Of a stretch of 64,000 bases of DNA, positions 42,940-53,299 are shown one piece after another. The translations under genes were made by a program, and so were the position numbers. Each line of letters begins with the position of its first letter. The first letter of the stretch is position 1. Under the pieces are notes generated by a model. That model did no database searches, was not told the origin of the DNA, and saw nothing but the letters and a program-made list of their open reading frames with translations. Source of the DNA: a virus; the IMG/VR virus record IMGVR_UViG_3300031949_000005, positions 32,001 to 96,000 of that record; one strand, 5' to 3'.

Positions 42940-43835
42940 AGCGTGAACACGCCAGAAGTGGCCACAATATCGCCGACTAATCCGCTTGTCGATTAGTAAC
43001 GAGATTGGTTCGCGGGCCTTTATAGACTAGAAGCGACGATAGATACGACTACCGCGCTACTATTTATTTGTCTCGTGGTGTCATTTCGGAGTACCATCCT
43101 ATAAGGTAAGCGCTAACTCACTCCCATAGGACGTATCGGTAAACTAAGAATTGCTAGACGGTACGGCGCTATCACCAGACCCGATAAGGTTGCGAGGCTT
43201 ACCAGACCCTTAGTTCCGACGCGCTATGGCCTAGGTTTACGGAGTTACACCGACAACCTATCCCCACCACAATTGCACTTATACTGTAACATATCCGACT
43301 AGACTTGCGTTAGATATGTTCGCGCGACAATTCTTATCAGGATTCTCACCGTATAGTCGCGCCATGTCTGATAAAACCATTTCGGTATGATACGATTGCA
43401 GGATAGTTTATTCCGACAAGCGCTATTCGCCACCGAAGCGCCCTTCGGTATTCTTGCTAAGCGCGCGGACTACCTACATCGTCCCATAACTTGTGTGTTA
43501 TCGGACGTATAAGCGTATACCGTTATATCGGCTAACGCGGGAATTATCGGACGCCTAATTCTCGGACCCTCTTCCCGAACTCCGATAATAATTTCGGGAG
43601 TTAGACCCTGCAAACGAACTAGGTCTTATAACGATGTTTCCCTATCGTTGACGGATTAGCGCGGACTATGCGCTCTCCCATTCTTATACAGCCCGATAAT
43701 AGGCCGTAATTCCGCATAAGACGCAACGCGAACAGCGCGTCTATTTAGTCCGAAGTTATCGGACGCATCGAATATGCGGCGAGGCGCGCACTACCGGACG
43801 AGGAGAATCCGATAATGCGCGATTGCGCCGGATAC
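42940..43835 (-). ncRNA. Candidate large structured non-coding RNA
   Basis: ~880 nt with no ORF of 60 aa or more, GC-rich, many consecutive inverted repeats with G-U pairs on the minus strand. Confidence 0.5.
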
Positions 43836-43842
43836 TCTGGTG

Positions 43843-44163
43843 TTACTTCTTGCCGAGCTTTGCGAAGCTCGACTTCAATTTTGACGCACCTTGCCGACGG
43901 TTGAGGATAGCGTCAGCGACACCCGCTCCGTTATCGGAGCCGAAGCCTCGATCCGACGGCGGGGTATATCCCGAACCGTTTTCGGACCATTGCTTCAAAC
44001 TCTCAATCACGTCAAGCGCTTCGGCGATTGCATCCTCTCGCTCATCCTCGGCCTTCAGCGCGATTGCATCGACGAGCTTCTTCGTGTCGGAATACCGACC
44101 AGCATCGTCAAGAAATCGTTGCGCATCGAAGGCGACCTTCGGCTCCATCGTACCAGTTGCCAT
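43843..44163 (-). CDS. Hypothetical early protein (106 aa)
   Basis: SD AAGGAG, own sigma70-type promoter, GC-rich codons. Confidence 0.75.
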   Translation of the reverse strand: MATGTMEPKVAFDAQRFLDDAGRYSDTKKLVDAIALKAEDEREDAIAEALDVIESLKQWSENGSGYTPPSDRGFGSDNGAGVADAILNRRQGASKLKSSFAKLGKK

Positions 44164-44256
44164 AGTAGACTCCTTTAGGAAGCTTCCTATGCGCTACCAG
44201 ACGATAGCACACGCTACCATCCGATAGCGCGTCAAACAAGTTTTTTGCTACATCAT

Positions 44257-44285
44257 ACTATAGCCTCCGGATTGTCAATAGTCAA
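44257..44285 (-). promoter_or_regulatory. Sigma70-type promoter
   Basis: TTGACT-17 bp-TATAGT, with an overlapping TTGACA..TATGAT and an A-rich upstream region. Confidence 0.65.
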
Positions 44286-44745
44286 GAGACTTGAACAAAT
44301 TATTTTTAGGTCTTATAATAAGGCACGACATAGAGTGTATATACAATAATAGTCGTATCCTATAATATATCACACTACTCAACAATAATAAGGATTTTAT
44401 TGACCGCGACCGATAAAAGCGCCCCTCGCGTTATTCCGCTAGTCCTATAATATATCACTTTTCTTGTCATGCTACACCATATTATTAGTATCGTCCTATA
44501 AAACGCTAATCCGATAATATCAAATAATGTCCCCGCGATAAACAGGCTCTTGTGTTATTATAGGATCGGTTCGATAATTGCTCGTAAAATCGCACGCAAA
44601 CATAATGATAATAAGCTAGGTCCGATAATCGCAGTTTTAGTAGTGATTGTAACAATATAGAGAGTTTTTGTCCGATAAAACAATCGGATTTTACCACATT
44701 CCGATAATAAAAAGAAGTGTTAGCGCTAAGGTTTTAAGCCAAAAT

Positions 44746-45990
44746 CTAATCTCGGATACCATGTCCGATAATCCTTCCATTGTATCCCTGTGCTCTTATT
44801 CGTCCGATAAGGCCAAAGAGCGCGTTATCCTTCCCGTCCGCAATATAGGACATACCTTCCAGCGCGTTATCATCGTCAAGGTACACCCGCGCTGTATAGG
44901 TGCCTTCGCCGATATGATCGGTTGCAACATAGAGCATTATAAGACCCTCCTATCCGTCGATGGTTATCGGATTCTTCCGTCCGTCAAGAGCGCGTCTATC
45001 CGCTTCGTCCGGTCCCTTGCGCAATTGCCCATACCATCCGGTCCGTGCTAGATTGTCCGATAATCTCTTCGGCGCTTCGTCCGGATTGAACGTCATTGCG
45101 CACGTACCATAATACTTCGAATGGAACGGTCCGGAAACAAACGCCAGCGTCAGATAACCGATTTGCTCGGTCTGGTAATTGAGAGTTTTCCGGCGCTTGA
45201 TTCTGGCAAGTATGGCTTCGCCGAAGGCAATTCGATACTTTGCACGTCTGATAATTGCTCCCACGATTCTTCTCCTTTATCGGACCAACTGAAGTTTGTT
45301 CCAATAATCCATTATTTCCGCTGCGCGGCTCCATCCTACAGGAAGCATAAGGTTATCGGTCGCGTGGGGTTCCCTGGTTTCGATAACCCTTCCGCCCCAT
45401 AAACTCGTGATATATCGGACCGCCGGTTCAACGTACGTTATCGGTACAATCATGTACTGGTTGCGCCTAGGCCCACGTCCTAGGCCGTCCCTATACGTAA
45501 TGAGAACCCGTTGTATGTACCCCATTGTACGCTCCTCGCTACCGATTGTCAAGCGGGAAAAACCGAACCTGTACCCCATCCGGTCCTATATCGTACGGAC
45601 CAATACAATGTCCAATAACTCCTTGAACGTCCGTATCCTCGACCCATTGTCCGTCCGATAAAAGAACCCGGTCACGTTCCGATAAGAAACCGTTGGCTAG
45701 ACCGATAATTGTTTCGGTGTGGTTATCGACACTAACGATGTCTCCAATACAGACTATCATTACCGGACTCCTTGCAGTGTGCTAACCCGTAGATTACCGG
45801 ACACACTGTCATATCCGATAACCTTGCTCGTACCGTCCGATAACGTAACCAGCACAGGCCCATCATCGTCCGATAGCGTATAAGCCGCCGTACGTCCGCT
45901 TGCCAGTGCCACCTCGTCCGATAACCCCTCGTAGAAGCTCGGTCCGATATTCTCCGAACCGGGGATATACAGTCTAGTTGTACCGAACAT
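44746..45990 (-). CDS. Run of five small GC-rich hypothetical genes (44746-44937, 44950-45264, 45277-45579, 45539-45760, 45760-45990)
   Basis: Tightly packed, strong GGAG/GGAGG SDs before most. Confidence 0.65.
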
Positions 45991-46002
45991 TGAAGCCCTC
46001 CT

Positions 46003-46074
46003 TTACGTTAACTCCCACCATACCTTGGCCAGTCCCATAACCACCATCGCCACGGCTAGACCGATAAGTGTCAT
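46003..46074 (-). CDS. 23-aa transmembrane peptide MTLIGLAVAMVVMGLAKVWWELT
   Basis: Manual translation; starts immediately after the upstream stop. Confidence 0.5.
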   Translation of the reverse strand: MTLIGLAVAMVVMGLAKVWWELT

Positions 46075-46075
46075 A

Positions 46076-46216
46076 TTATCGGCCTTCACAATCGTTGTTA
46101 TCGGAACACAAGAAGTAACCGCCCGATGGTCCGAGAACACCAACACCCTCTTCCGTCAGATAAAACTTGCACCCGCCGCACGCCAGCAACAAAAGTCCCA
46201 TAAGTAAACGTTTCAT
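46076..46216 (-). CDS. 46-aa putative lipoprotein MKRLLMGLLLLACGGC...
   Basis: SD AAGGAGG; basic N-terminus, hydrophobic stretch, lipobox-like Cys. Confidence 0.6.
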   Translation of the reverse strand: MKRLLMGLLLLACGGCKFYLTEEGVGVLGPSGGYFLCSDNNDCEGR

Positions 46217-46231
46217 CGTACCCTCCTTTTG

Positions 46232-46357
46232 TTATCGTCCGTACCGATTCGTTGCCAATCCGAAGGCATTGAAAACCAGTCCGATAGTTGCTAGTGCCAT
46301 AACCATCGCCCCGATGTAAAGCCCGTTGTTCGTTAGTAGGTTAATGATCGTTTCCAT
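46232..46357 (-). CDS. 41-aa membrane peptide METIINLLTNNGLYIGAMVMALATIGLVFNAFGLATNRYGR
   Basis: First ORF after the promoter; SD-like AAGGGACAGGA. Confidence 0.6.
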   Translation of the reverse strand: METIINLLTNNGLYIGAMVMALATIGLVFNAFGLATNRYGR

Positions 46358-46406
46358 TGTCCTGTCCCTTCGTTATAAGCCCTTGTTATCCCCTTACCAC
46401 GAGTAT

Positions 46407-46435
46407 ATTTTAGCATACCGATCGGCAAGAAGCAA
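46407..46435 (-). promoter_or_regulatory. Sigma70-type early promoter
   Basis: TTGCTT-17 bp-TAAAAT with extended -10 TG and upstream A-tract. Confidence 0.7.
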
Positions 46436-48126
46436 GCCCGAAGGAAAGAATCTTTTTTTAGTCCGATAAGTTAAGATAGGTAGGATAGTCTGATAAATAG
46501 AAGATAGATATATAGTCCTATAGCTTAGTCAAGCTAGGTTCCGATAAGTATAGTATGATGATAGATAGGTTATAGGAGCTTAGCATAGATAGTCTGATAA
46601 TTGGAGGTCCGATAAGGGGAGTGGGTATTTTATGTTATCGGAGCAAGGCGGAAGGAACGTCCGAAAACGCGGGGGCCTGCATTCGCACCAAGACCCCAAA
46701 ACCCATCCATACTATAAAATCGGATCACTTGTTTTTATCTAAAGCTCCATGGCCTCATATCACAAGAAAATTTTAAAGAACATCTTGGCTGTTGCTATAT
46801 TGGTATGAGGTTTAGCGGTCGGCGCTCTTTCCAGGGATATCACGACTAATACTCGTGGTATTCCAATTGTCTTGGGGAAAATATGTCAGCAATCATGCCT
46901 ATATTGGTTTCGTTAACAGTATCAATAACTGTCTTAATGACATATTATTATTATTTGAAAGTATTATATTCCAAAATTGATATAAGACATAAATTATCAG
47001 ATTCTTTTTTCAAATATTGGTCAATAGACAAATTTGCAAAAGATATTGTTAGATTAAAACGATTTAAAGATTTAAGAAATTATATAGAAGATAATTACAA
47101 GTGGGAAATTTGTCACTTTCAGAAAATGAATGACGATCTTGAACATATATTTTATATTAAAAAGAATACGGTATTATCGTGTCCTTTCCCTATCAAACCT
47201 GATAATTATAGCAATATGCAATTATCTTTATTTATAGCCCATATATTAATCGAAGAGAATTTAATTTTTACTGAATTCTATCAAAATTTCGTTGGTTATT
47301 TAAACAGGAGAAAACATTGAAGCAAATAGAAAAGAAAAAACGAGTCTTTAAAACCATTACGAAAGAAGATGATAGACTTTACGCCAAAAATGAACTGATT
47401 TGCCCAGAATTATTGGACGAACTCCACGATACGGTCGAGGAACTTAACTTTCTCTGTCGTGCTAATACTCCTGTAAAAGATAAAGGATACAGAATAGATA
47501 AAAAACAAAAGAACCAATTGTGTAAAACAATATCCTCAACTTTAAAGGAGATTTTTGAACTATGAGTAATTATTTAATAGAAGGTATTATCGGAACATTA
47601 ATGGGAGAATACGGAATTGTTAAAGTTCTAGAAATAGTTGATGAAAAATCATATCATCATATAATACACAAGGGTATTAAAAATACAATATTAGAATTTA
47701 ATACGTATAACAAAAATTTACCAAAACTAGATCATACATCCTGTTCATGCCCTGGTTGTACTGGTCGTGGATAAAATCATGATAACTTATACGAGAGAAA
47801 AATTTTGTCGTGTATGTTCTCCTATTTTAGAAGATTTTGGTCAAGGTATAAAAATATCTTGTCAGGCTACTTTAAATAAAAAATATTGTGATTTTAATAT
47901 AAGTGATTGTTATGTATTTTATAAAGATATAGTAGAATATTACAAAAAACTAAAATCCTTTTACACGAGAATAGGAGACATGGATTATGTCAATAAATTA
48001 CCAGATGTAGAAAAAATTATAAAACGTGTCTGTTGTTTTTATCAGCCGACAAATGCTACTAATAAAGAAATATATGATGATGTTGTAGTGAATATAGAAT
48101 TATATAGTTAATAAAAGGAGAAATAT

Positions 48127-48738
48127 ATGCGAAAAGATTTTACATCAATTGTTATGATATTGGATCGTTCTGGGTCTATGGCTACACATAAATCAGATAC
48201 GATAGGTGGTTTTAATGAATTTCTCGAAGATCAGAAAAAATTATCCGGAGACGCTGTTTTAACATTGGTTCAATTTGATGATGAATATGAAGTACTACAT
48301 AATTTTATTAATATTAGAGATATAAAACCATTAGATGACCATTCATTCAAACCAAGGGGATCGACGGCGTTATTGGACTCCATGGGGAAAACGATCAATG
48401 ATGTGGGCAAGACTTTAGCCGATATGCAAGAGCATGAAAGGCCCGATAGGGTGATAGTTGTTACAGTTACAGATGGACACGAGAATGCTAGTAAGAATTT
48501 CACAAGAGAATCAATTTTCGATATGATTAAACATCAAAAGGATATATATAATTGGCACTTTGTATTTATTGGGGCTAATCAGGATGCTATTGCGACAGGA
48601 ACATCTTTAGGTATTATGAATAATATGAATTATAACACCAATAAAACAAAACAATTGTATGGTTGTATTAGTAGTAATGTAGGTAATCTAAGAGGCTCCT
48701 GTGATCCACAAAGCTTTAATTGGAATCCTGGTCTATAA
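48127..48738 (+). CDS. vWA domain protein
   Basis: LDRSGSM (MIDAS), GSTALLD, VTDGHENAS, FIGANQDA. Confidence 0.9.
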   Translation: MRKDFTSIVMILDRSGSMATHKSDTIGGFNEFLEDQKKLSGDAVLTLVQFDDEYEVLHNFINIRDIKPLDDHSFKPRGSTALLDSMGKTINDVGKTLADMQEHERPDRVIVVTVTDGHENASKNFTRESIFDMIKHQKDIYNWHFVFIGANQDAIATGTSLGIMNNMNYNTNKTKQLYGCISSNVGNLRGSCDPQSFNWNPGL

Positions 48739-49283
48739 TGATAGCTTATTGTTCTGGAGACATCTTAGAAACACTATTTGACGCAATAGTAATTCCAGTG
48801 AATTGCGTTGGCGTAATGGGTAAGGGATTGGCCCTTTCTGCAAAGAAGAAATATCCTAAAAATTATGAATTCTACCAAAAACATTGTCATGTAGACAAAT
48901 TACCAGTAAATCTGTTTGAGGATCATACTCCATTATTATCCTTCTTTCCTGGGACTATCGCATGTTTTGAAGAGAATGATAAAGTTATTGTTAATTTTAC
49001 TACTAAAAACCACTGGAGAAATCCATCTAAACTAAAATGGATACGAGATGGTATAGAGGAATTAGCGAATGAAATAAATTATAGGTCTACTATTAACGAA
49101 GTAGATTATTCTTGTGCTTATCCTAAATGGAAATCGTATCTTGCTATTCCGAGAGAAATTAAATCAATAGCAATTCCAAAATTAGGATGTGGTTTGGGCG
49201 GTTTAAAATGGAAACAAGTTGCCCCAATAATAGAATCTTTAGACGATATGGTGAAATGTGACATCGGAATTTATACAAGATAA
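48720..49283 (+). CDS. Macrodomain ADP-ribosylhydrolase (DarG/Poa1p-like)
   Basis: GDI, PVNCVGVMGKGLA, NF.TK.HWR.PS, SIAIPKLGCGLGGL.W. Confidence 0.85.
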   Translation: MESWSIMIAYCSGDILETLFDAIVIPVNCVGVMGKGLALSAKKKYPKNYEFYQKHCHVDKLPVNLFEDHTPLLSFFPGTIACFEENDKVIVNFTTKNHWRNPSKLKWIRDGIEELANEINYRSTINEVDYSCAYPKWKSYLAIPREIKSIAIPKLGCGLGGLKWKQVAPIIESLDDMVKCDIGIYTR

Positions 49284-49513
49284 ATTTAAATGGTTAAAAC
49301 CACTTAACAATAATTTAAGAGCCCTATATTGGTACTCGCGTTGTCTTTGCGCCGAATCGGTCCTAAGAATTTGTTTCTCTTATAAAATTCTTCGTCGTGC
49401 CCAACATATACTTCATTTAGAAGAAAAAATAAAAAATCAAGCCGAAGAAATAACTAGAATGAGAGAAATTTTTGAATATAAAAATAAATTACTTAAGGCT
49501 TGCAATATACTAA

Positions 49514-50023
49514 TTGCGTGCGACGGGCCATGTAATAAAGCTTATATGGAGAATCCCTATGACCTTGACGAAGAAATTGTTAAACTGGCTGAAAGGAATT
49601 CTGCTAGACTCAGGCACTGGTGGAATCGTGGTGGGCAACAAGCCTTTGAATCATATAAAACAGCTAGATAAGAATGGTTGTTCTATTGCGTGTACGGCTA
49701 TGGTATCTGGTGTTTCTTATGAATATGTAAAAAATAATTTAAAATCACGAACAACTCATTGTGTCAAAAGTTTCTTAAATAATAATTTTAATATTAAATC
49801 TAGATTTATAAAATTCAATAGTTTGAAAAATTTAAAAAATAATTGTATATTAGTTCTTTGTTCTTTAGATAAAAATATTGGGGAAGGAAATGAAATTGTA
49901 TTTCATAGTGTTGTCTATGACAATATCAGTAAAAGAATTTTAGATCCAGATATAAGCGATATAGATATACATAGCTTATTTCTTTTTAATATTGTACAAT
50001 GTTTGGAGATATTAAATGATTGA
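49514..50023 (+). CDS. Peptidase C39-like protein (true start probably downstream)
   Basis: KQ....GCSIACTAMV...HSVVYD....LDP. Confidence 0.6.
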   Translation: MRATGHVIKLIWRIPMTLTKKLLNWLKGILLDSGTGGIVVGNKPLNHIKQLDKNGCSIACTAMVSGVSYEYVKNNLKSRTTHCVKSFLNNNFNIKSRFIKFNSLKNLKNNCILVLCSLDKNIGEGNEIVFHSVVYDNISKRILDPDISDIDIHSLFLFNIVQCLEILND

Positions 50024-51625
50024 TTCCAAATTAAGAGAATATGCTAAAGCCTTGATAGATAAATTAGAACTAATGCATAATGCTCCTTCGTATACGAGAG
50101 TTTGGAAAATTGCTGCTATACATGGTTGTATTTATTATGGTCCATATTATGGAAAAGAATTAGAAGATCTTAAAAAGGAGATAAATAATGTGGGTTAGAA
50201 TAGATTTTAAAGATGGCGATAGCAAATTATATGATATACCAGGAATTGATACGCTTAATCCAGCTACCGATGAACTCATAAGATGGATTAAAGAAAAAGA
50301 AATTATTAGTATTGATAGATCATTAATAATATTTCCTCACGGTAATCCACAAAAAATCTCAGCGGCACAAGCAAAAGATTTGAATCCAGTATTCGGTGTA
50401 TGTAAAGAAGAATTTATTAATTGTGGAGAAATAAAATCATTTGGAATAGTAGACACCTCAAGCGAGATATGGGAAAAATTATGTGCCCCAGCCCTTGGAG
50501 AGAAAACGATATTAACGCCAAATAAAAAGCTTGAGCTACCGTGAGAGAAGAATTAAGGGCAATAACGATAAAATCCTTGTCGGGCCATTCCGATAACTTT
50601 AAAGAAGAAGTTTTCGCTTTAATGAAATGTGCTGCTCACAAAGGAGAATATTCACTAAAATTAATAAGATTTGATACAGAATTTTGGATGTCCTTTTTTG
50701 AAGAATTAAAAACAAAGGGCTTAAATATTAATATTAAAAAAATCGTAGAAGATACTAGTAGTAATTTGCCGCATAGAATAGTGGTTAGTATTGATTGGAG
50801 ATGATATGAAGGGTAAATTTTATATACAATTAAACAAAAAGGGATGTCAATCTAAAGATCCGGTTTTAATCGTTGGTTACGTTAATTTAAAAGATAAAAG
50901 ATTACATATTTTCGATGATAACGATAATCTTAAATTTGAGATGTTGGTTTTTGATATAAATATCCATCAAGATGGAATAATGTTTATAGGTATTGAAATA
51001 GGATCATCTGATGAATTGTATTTTCAGAAAGTTTGGTTTTTACCGAAAGGATTTGATAATGAAAGTCTATGAACAAATGGTGCGTTTTGTATATAATAAA
51101 TTCGTAATTAGATGTTGGGTTCCCGCTTATACGTCGGTGGGGTTATCGGACTTAGAAACAAAGGAATTGGTTCGTAATTGTTTAACGATACTTGGTAATT
51201 TGGAACAAGAATATCCTCTTCAATTAGCAGAATGTATTTGCGATAAATTCCACATGAATGCCTGCGAGGTAACAGAAAAAGAAACTGGTTGTGGCGGCGT
51301 GTTTTATAGGGAGTGGCCGTAATGTGTGAGTGTGGTTGTATTGCTACGGGCCAATTTTTTAAACTAAAAGGGCCTGATAAGAAGATATATGTTATACAAC
51401 GATATCCTGGATGTAAATCTTGTTCTACTCCTTGTGGGGTGATATTTTCTGAAATAAGTAAAGATCATTCTGATTTTAGTTATTATAATGATCTTTCGCC
51501 AATATGTGCGCAAAAGGAAAATGATGTTATATCTTTCTTCTCACAGGAGGATTTAAAAATAAAATTAAAAAGATATCTTATCGAATATTTTAATAATAGG
51601 GAATTTTCAGCAGGAGAACAATGTT

Positions 51626-52093
51626 ATGATGAATGTGATGCCGATATCATATCAGAGGAATTTGCGGAGGAATTTTTTAATGAAAAATAAATTAATTGGT
51701 TTATTGCTTTTATGTTGTTTGGGATGCGAATATACTAAAATAGAAACCAGTGAAGTAATGGTTGAAAGGGCTGTCGTGGATCAATTAATTTTTTCTCCGA
51801 GTCACCATGATAGCAACTTTAGTCCTGGTCTTAGTACAGGTGGGGATTTAACTTTTACCGTAACGTCAGTAGATATTCCAGAAAAACATGGAGTAATTTT
51901 TAAATGTCGTCATGGTAAATTCTATATTAGTAGGAAGGAATTGTGGGAAAATTTATCACAAGGCGATTGTGTAGATATTCAATATTTAGAAGTATATAAA
52001 GTATTATACGATAGCGAAGGCAAAGAACTTAAAAGAGCTTTAGTAGATTATGATTTTATAGGCGCAGAAAAGAGGGATTGTGATGACCGATAA
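51626..52093 (+). CDS. Putative lipoprotein
   Basis: MKNKLIGLLLLCCLGC signal/lipobox. Confidence 0.5.
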   Translation: MMNVMPISYQRNLRRNFLMKNKLIGLLLLCCLGCEYTKIETSEVMVERAVVDQLIFSPSHHDSNFSPGLSTGGDLTFTVTSVDIPEKHGVIFKCRHGKFYISRKELWENLSQGDCVDIQYLEVYKVLYDSEGKELKRALVDYDFIGAEKRDCDDR

Positions 52094-52281
52094 AGAAAGA
52101 CTAGATTGGTTGGAAGAACAAAATAAAAAAGCAAGTTATACTGGTAAATGTAGGTTTCGTTGGTCTATTACTGGTCGCGGATGGAGATTACACGAAACAA
52201 GTTCTTATGAACTAGATAGAGTTGGTCTGAAACATGGTCCATTTGCTACGGTAAGAGAAGCAATAGATTATGCGATAGAAA

Positions 52282-52608
52282 ATGATAAAGAAAATACTGG
52301 GGTTTGATAATTATACAATAGATGATCTAGGAAATATTTACGGACCTAATAAAAAATTGAAGAGTGTACGTAAACATCACAAGGATGGATATCTTTATGT
52401 TAGATTAAAGAAAAATGGTCAATCTTTTCATAAAGCTGTTCATAGATTGATGGCAATCACTTTTCTTGGTCCGAAAAAAAATGGTTTAGAAGTACGTCAT
52501 CTTGATGGGAATAAATATAATAATAATTTAATTAATTTGAGTTATGGAACAAGGGCCGAAAATCTTTTAGATGATGTTAAACATGGAAAAATTTTAAAAA
52601 AGGGATGA
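52282..52608 (+). CDS. HNH homing endonuclease (short)
   Basis: VHRLMA..FLG, VRHLDGNKYNN. Confidence 0.85.
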   Translation: MIKKILGFDNYTIDDLGNIYGPNKKLKSVRKHHKDGYLYVRLKKNGQSFHKAVHRLMAITFLGPKKNGLEVRHLDGNKYNNNLINLSYGTRAENLLDDVKHGKILKKG

Positions 52609-53299
52609 TGAATTTCTATATTGGTATGATATGTTAACTTTAAAGGAGAATAAAATGCAAACAGCAACAGAAACAAGTTTTAGTGTTGGCGATTCGGTTA
52701 GAGTAGTATCTTGTGATCAATGCCCAGGTGTCGTAGACAAGATTGGGGTCGTAAAAGAAGTGACAGAAGCGGGTTTTAAGGTCTCCTTCGGCAAGGGGCG
52801 TCCCCAAAAAGGCCGTCCAGAGGTTTTTAGTGCCGCAAGTTTGTCTTTAGTTAATGTTGATTAGATATGAAAATACAATTTCCTTTAGAACTAAAATGCA
52901 ATGGAGAAGATTTTTTAACAGGTAAATATTATAAATTACAAGATAACAACGAACAATTAATTATGAGATTTTGCGCTAGTTCAGGAATCGAAAGTTTTAA
53001 AAATTTAATAAAAGATATCAATGATAATTATTCTATTAACACCTCATTAGGGTTAAATATTTAATGAAAATAGTATTTTTGATAAAGAAAATATTGAAAT
53101 TATTTATAAGGATTAAACGATGTAAAAGATGTGGTTTATCTCCAATAATTAAGAAATTAGATATCGAGGATAGATTTGATGGTATAAATTTCTATATTTC
53201 TTGTGGAGAATATCATTCGCCAGGAGTTAGGCTATGTCATTACTCTTATTTTAGCAAAACATATAAAGAAGCAATAAAAAATTGGAATAGGAATAATTA

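Larger units (their letters stand above)
43130..46645. repeat. Dense field of TCCGATAA/TTATCGGA motifs
   Basis: About 41 exact CCGATA/TATCGG counted by eye, plus TCCTATAA/TCTGATAA/TCTTATAA variants. Confidence 0.9.

Noticed and set aside
42940-43835. Non-coding region as a group I/II intron, tmRNA or RNase P RNA
   Set aside because: No interrupted host gene, no domain V, no RNase P P4 signature and no Ala-type acceptor could be found by eye
43823-46207. Plus-strand ORFs in the GC-rich island
   Set aside because: They overlap minus-strand genes that have strong SDs and promoters; long shadow ORFs are expected at higher GC
43130-46645. Motif field as a CRISPR array, iterons or DnaA boxes
   Set aside because: The unit is only 6-8 bp, irregularly spaced, in both orientations and inside genes; it shares only TTATC with the DnaA box; no cas genes are present
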